Shown: positions 63,937 to 64,000 of the stretch, piece by piece
Numbering within the stretch: the first letter of the stretch is position 1
Layout: the number at the start of each line of letters is the position of its first letter
Source: Candidatus Giovannonibacteria bacterium
GTDB lineage: Bacteria; Patescibacteriota; Minisyncoccia; UBA11713; 2-01-FULL-45-33
DNA: 64,000 nucleotides
Direction: 5' to 3'
Assembly: GCA_016432405.1 (NCBI GenBank)
Contig: CP066687.1
Span: 283,040-347,039, forward strand
The notes under the pieces: generated by a model
The model's database searches: none
Told to the model about the DNA's origin: nothing
Seen by the model: the letters and a program-made list of their open reading frames with translations, nothing else
Translations under genes and position numbers: made by a program

Positions 63937-64000
63937 TTTTTCTTCCGCTGCCATTTTTTAATTTAAAATTTGATGCTAAAATCTTCTTATGTCCTCAAAA

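Overview
This 64-kb window has compact, mostly unidirectional gene blocks with short intergenic regions. The content points to a small-genome Patescibacteria/CPR-like (Parcubacteria-type) bacterium, though that taxonomy is inference from gene content only: ribosomal and translation genes, a DUF5671-like membrane protein, PaaX-like mini-regulators, a ThrRS without its editing domain, an intron-rich 23S, and few Shine-Dalgarno sites. In order along the window: a TPR protein and two repeat-rich secreted proteins. A surface-glycan cluster of two NAD-epimerases, a GT4 glycosyltransferase and a WbaP-like sugar phosphotransferase. pdaD, hpf, secA, and a NUDIX gene followed by HAD and a NUDIX remnant. 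A MacA/MacB-like tripartite efflux set (adaptor, ATPase, permease). nth, a class IV aminotransferase, rsmI, rsmE. rplJ and rplL. A tRNA-Val locus with a GIY-YIG gene and duplicated repeats. A 23S-5S rRNA unit with its own strong promoter and no 16S upstream; the 23S carries two group I introns (L1917-like with a frameshifted LAGLIDADG gene, L1931-like) separated by a 14-nt mini-exon. Then an amidase, ftsW/rodA, an HTH + membrane protein + VirD4/HerA-like ATPase cassette, efp, gatB, miaA, thrS (catalytic core only), dnaE, rnhB, rpmF, a NusB-NUDIX fusion, rnc, smc, and a Cu-ATPase/VKOR/CcdA/DUF1573 thiol-metal cluster, mnmA. Non-coding signals worth a second look: a GC-rich hairpin repeat family (YCCGACG...CGTCGGR) that appears in intergenic DNA, in-frame inside a CDS and in 23S expansion segments; a family of hairpins with a conserved CGATCG loop and covarying arms; two PaaX-like paralogs bracketed by repeats; and several promoter-plus-terminator-delimited candidate ncRNAs. 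No CRISPR array was seen.
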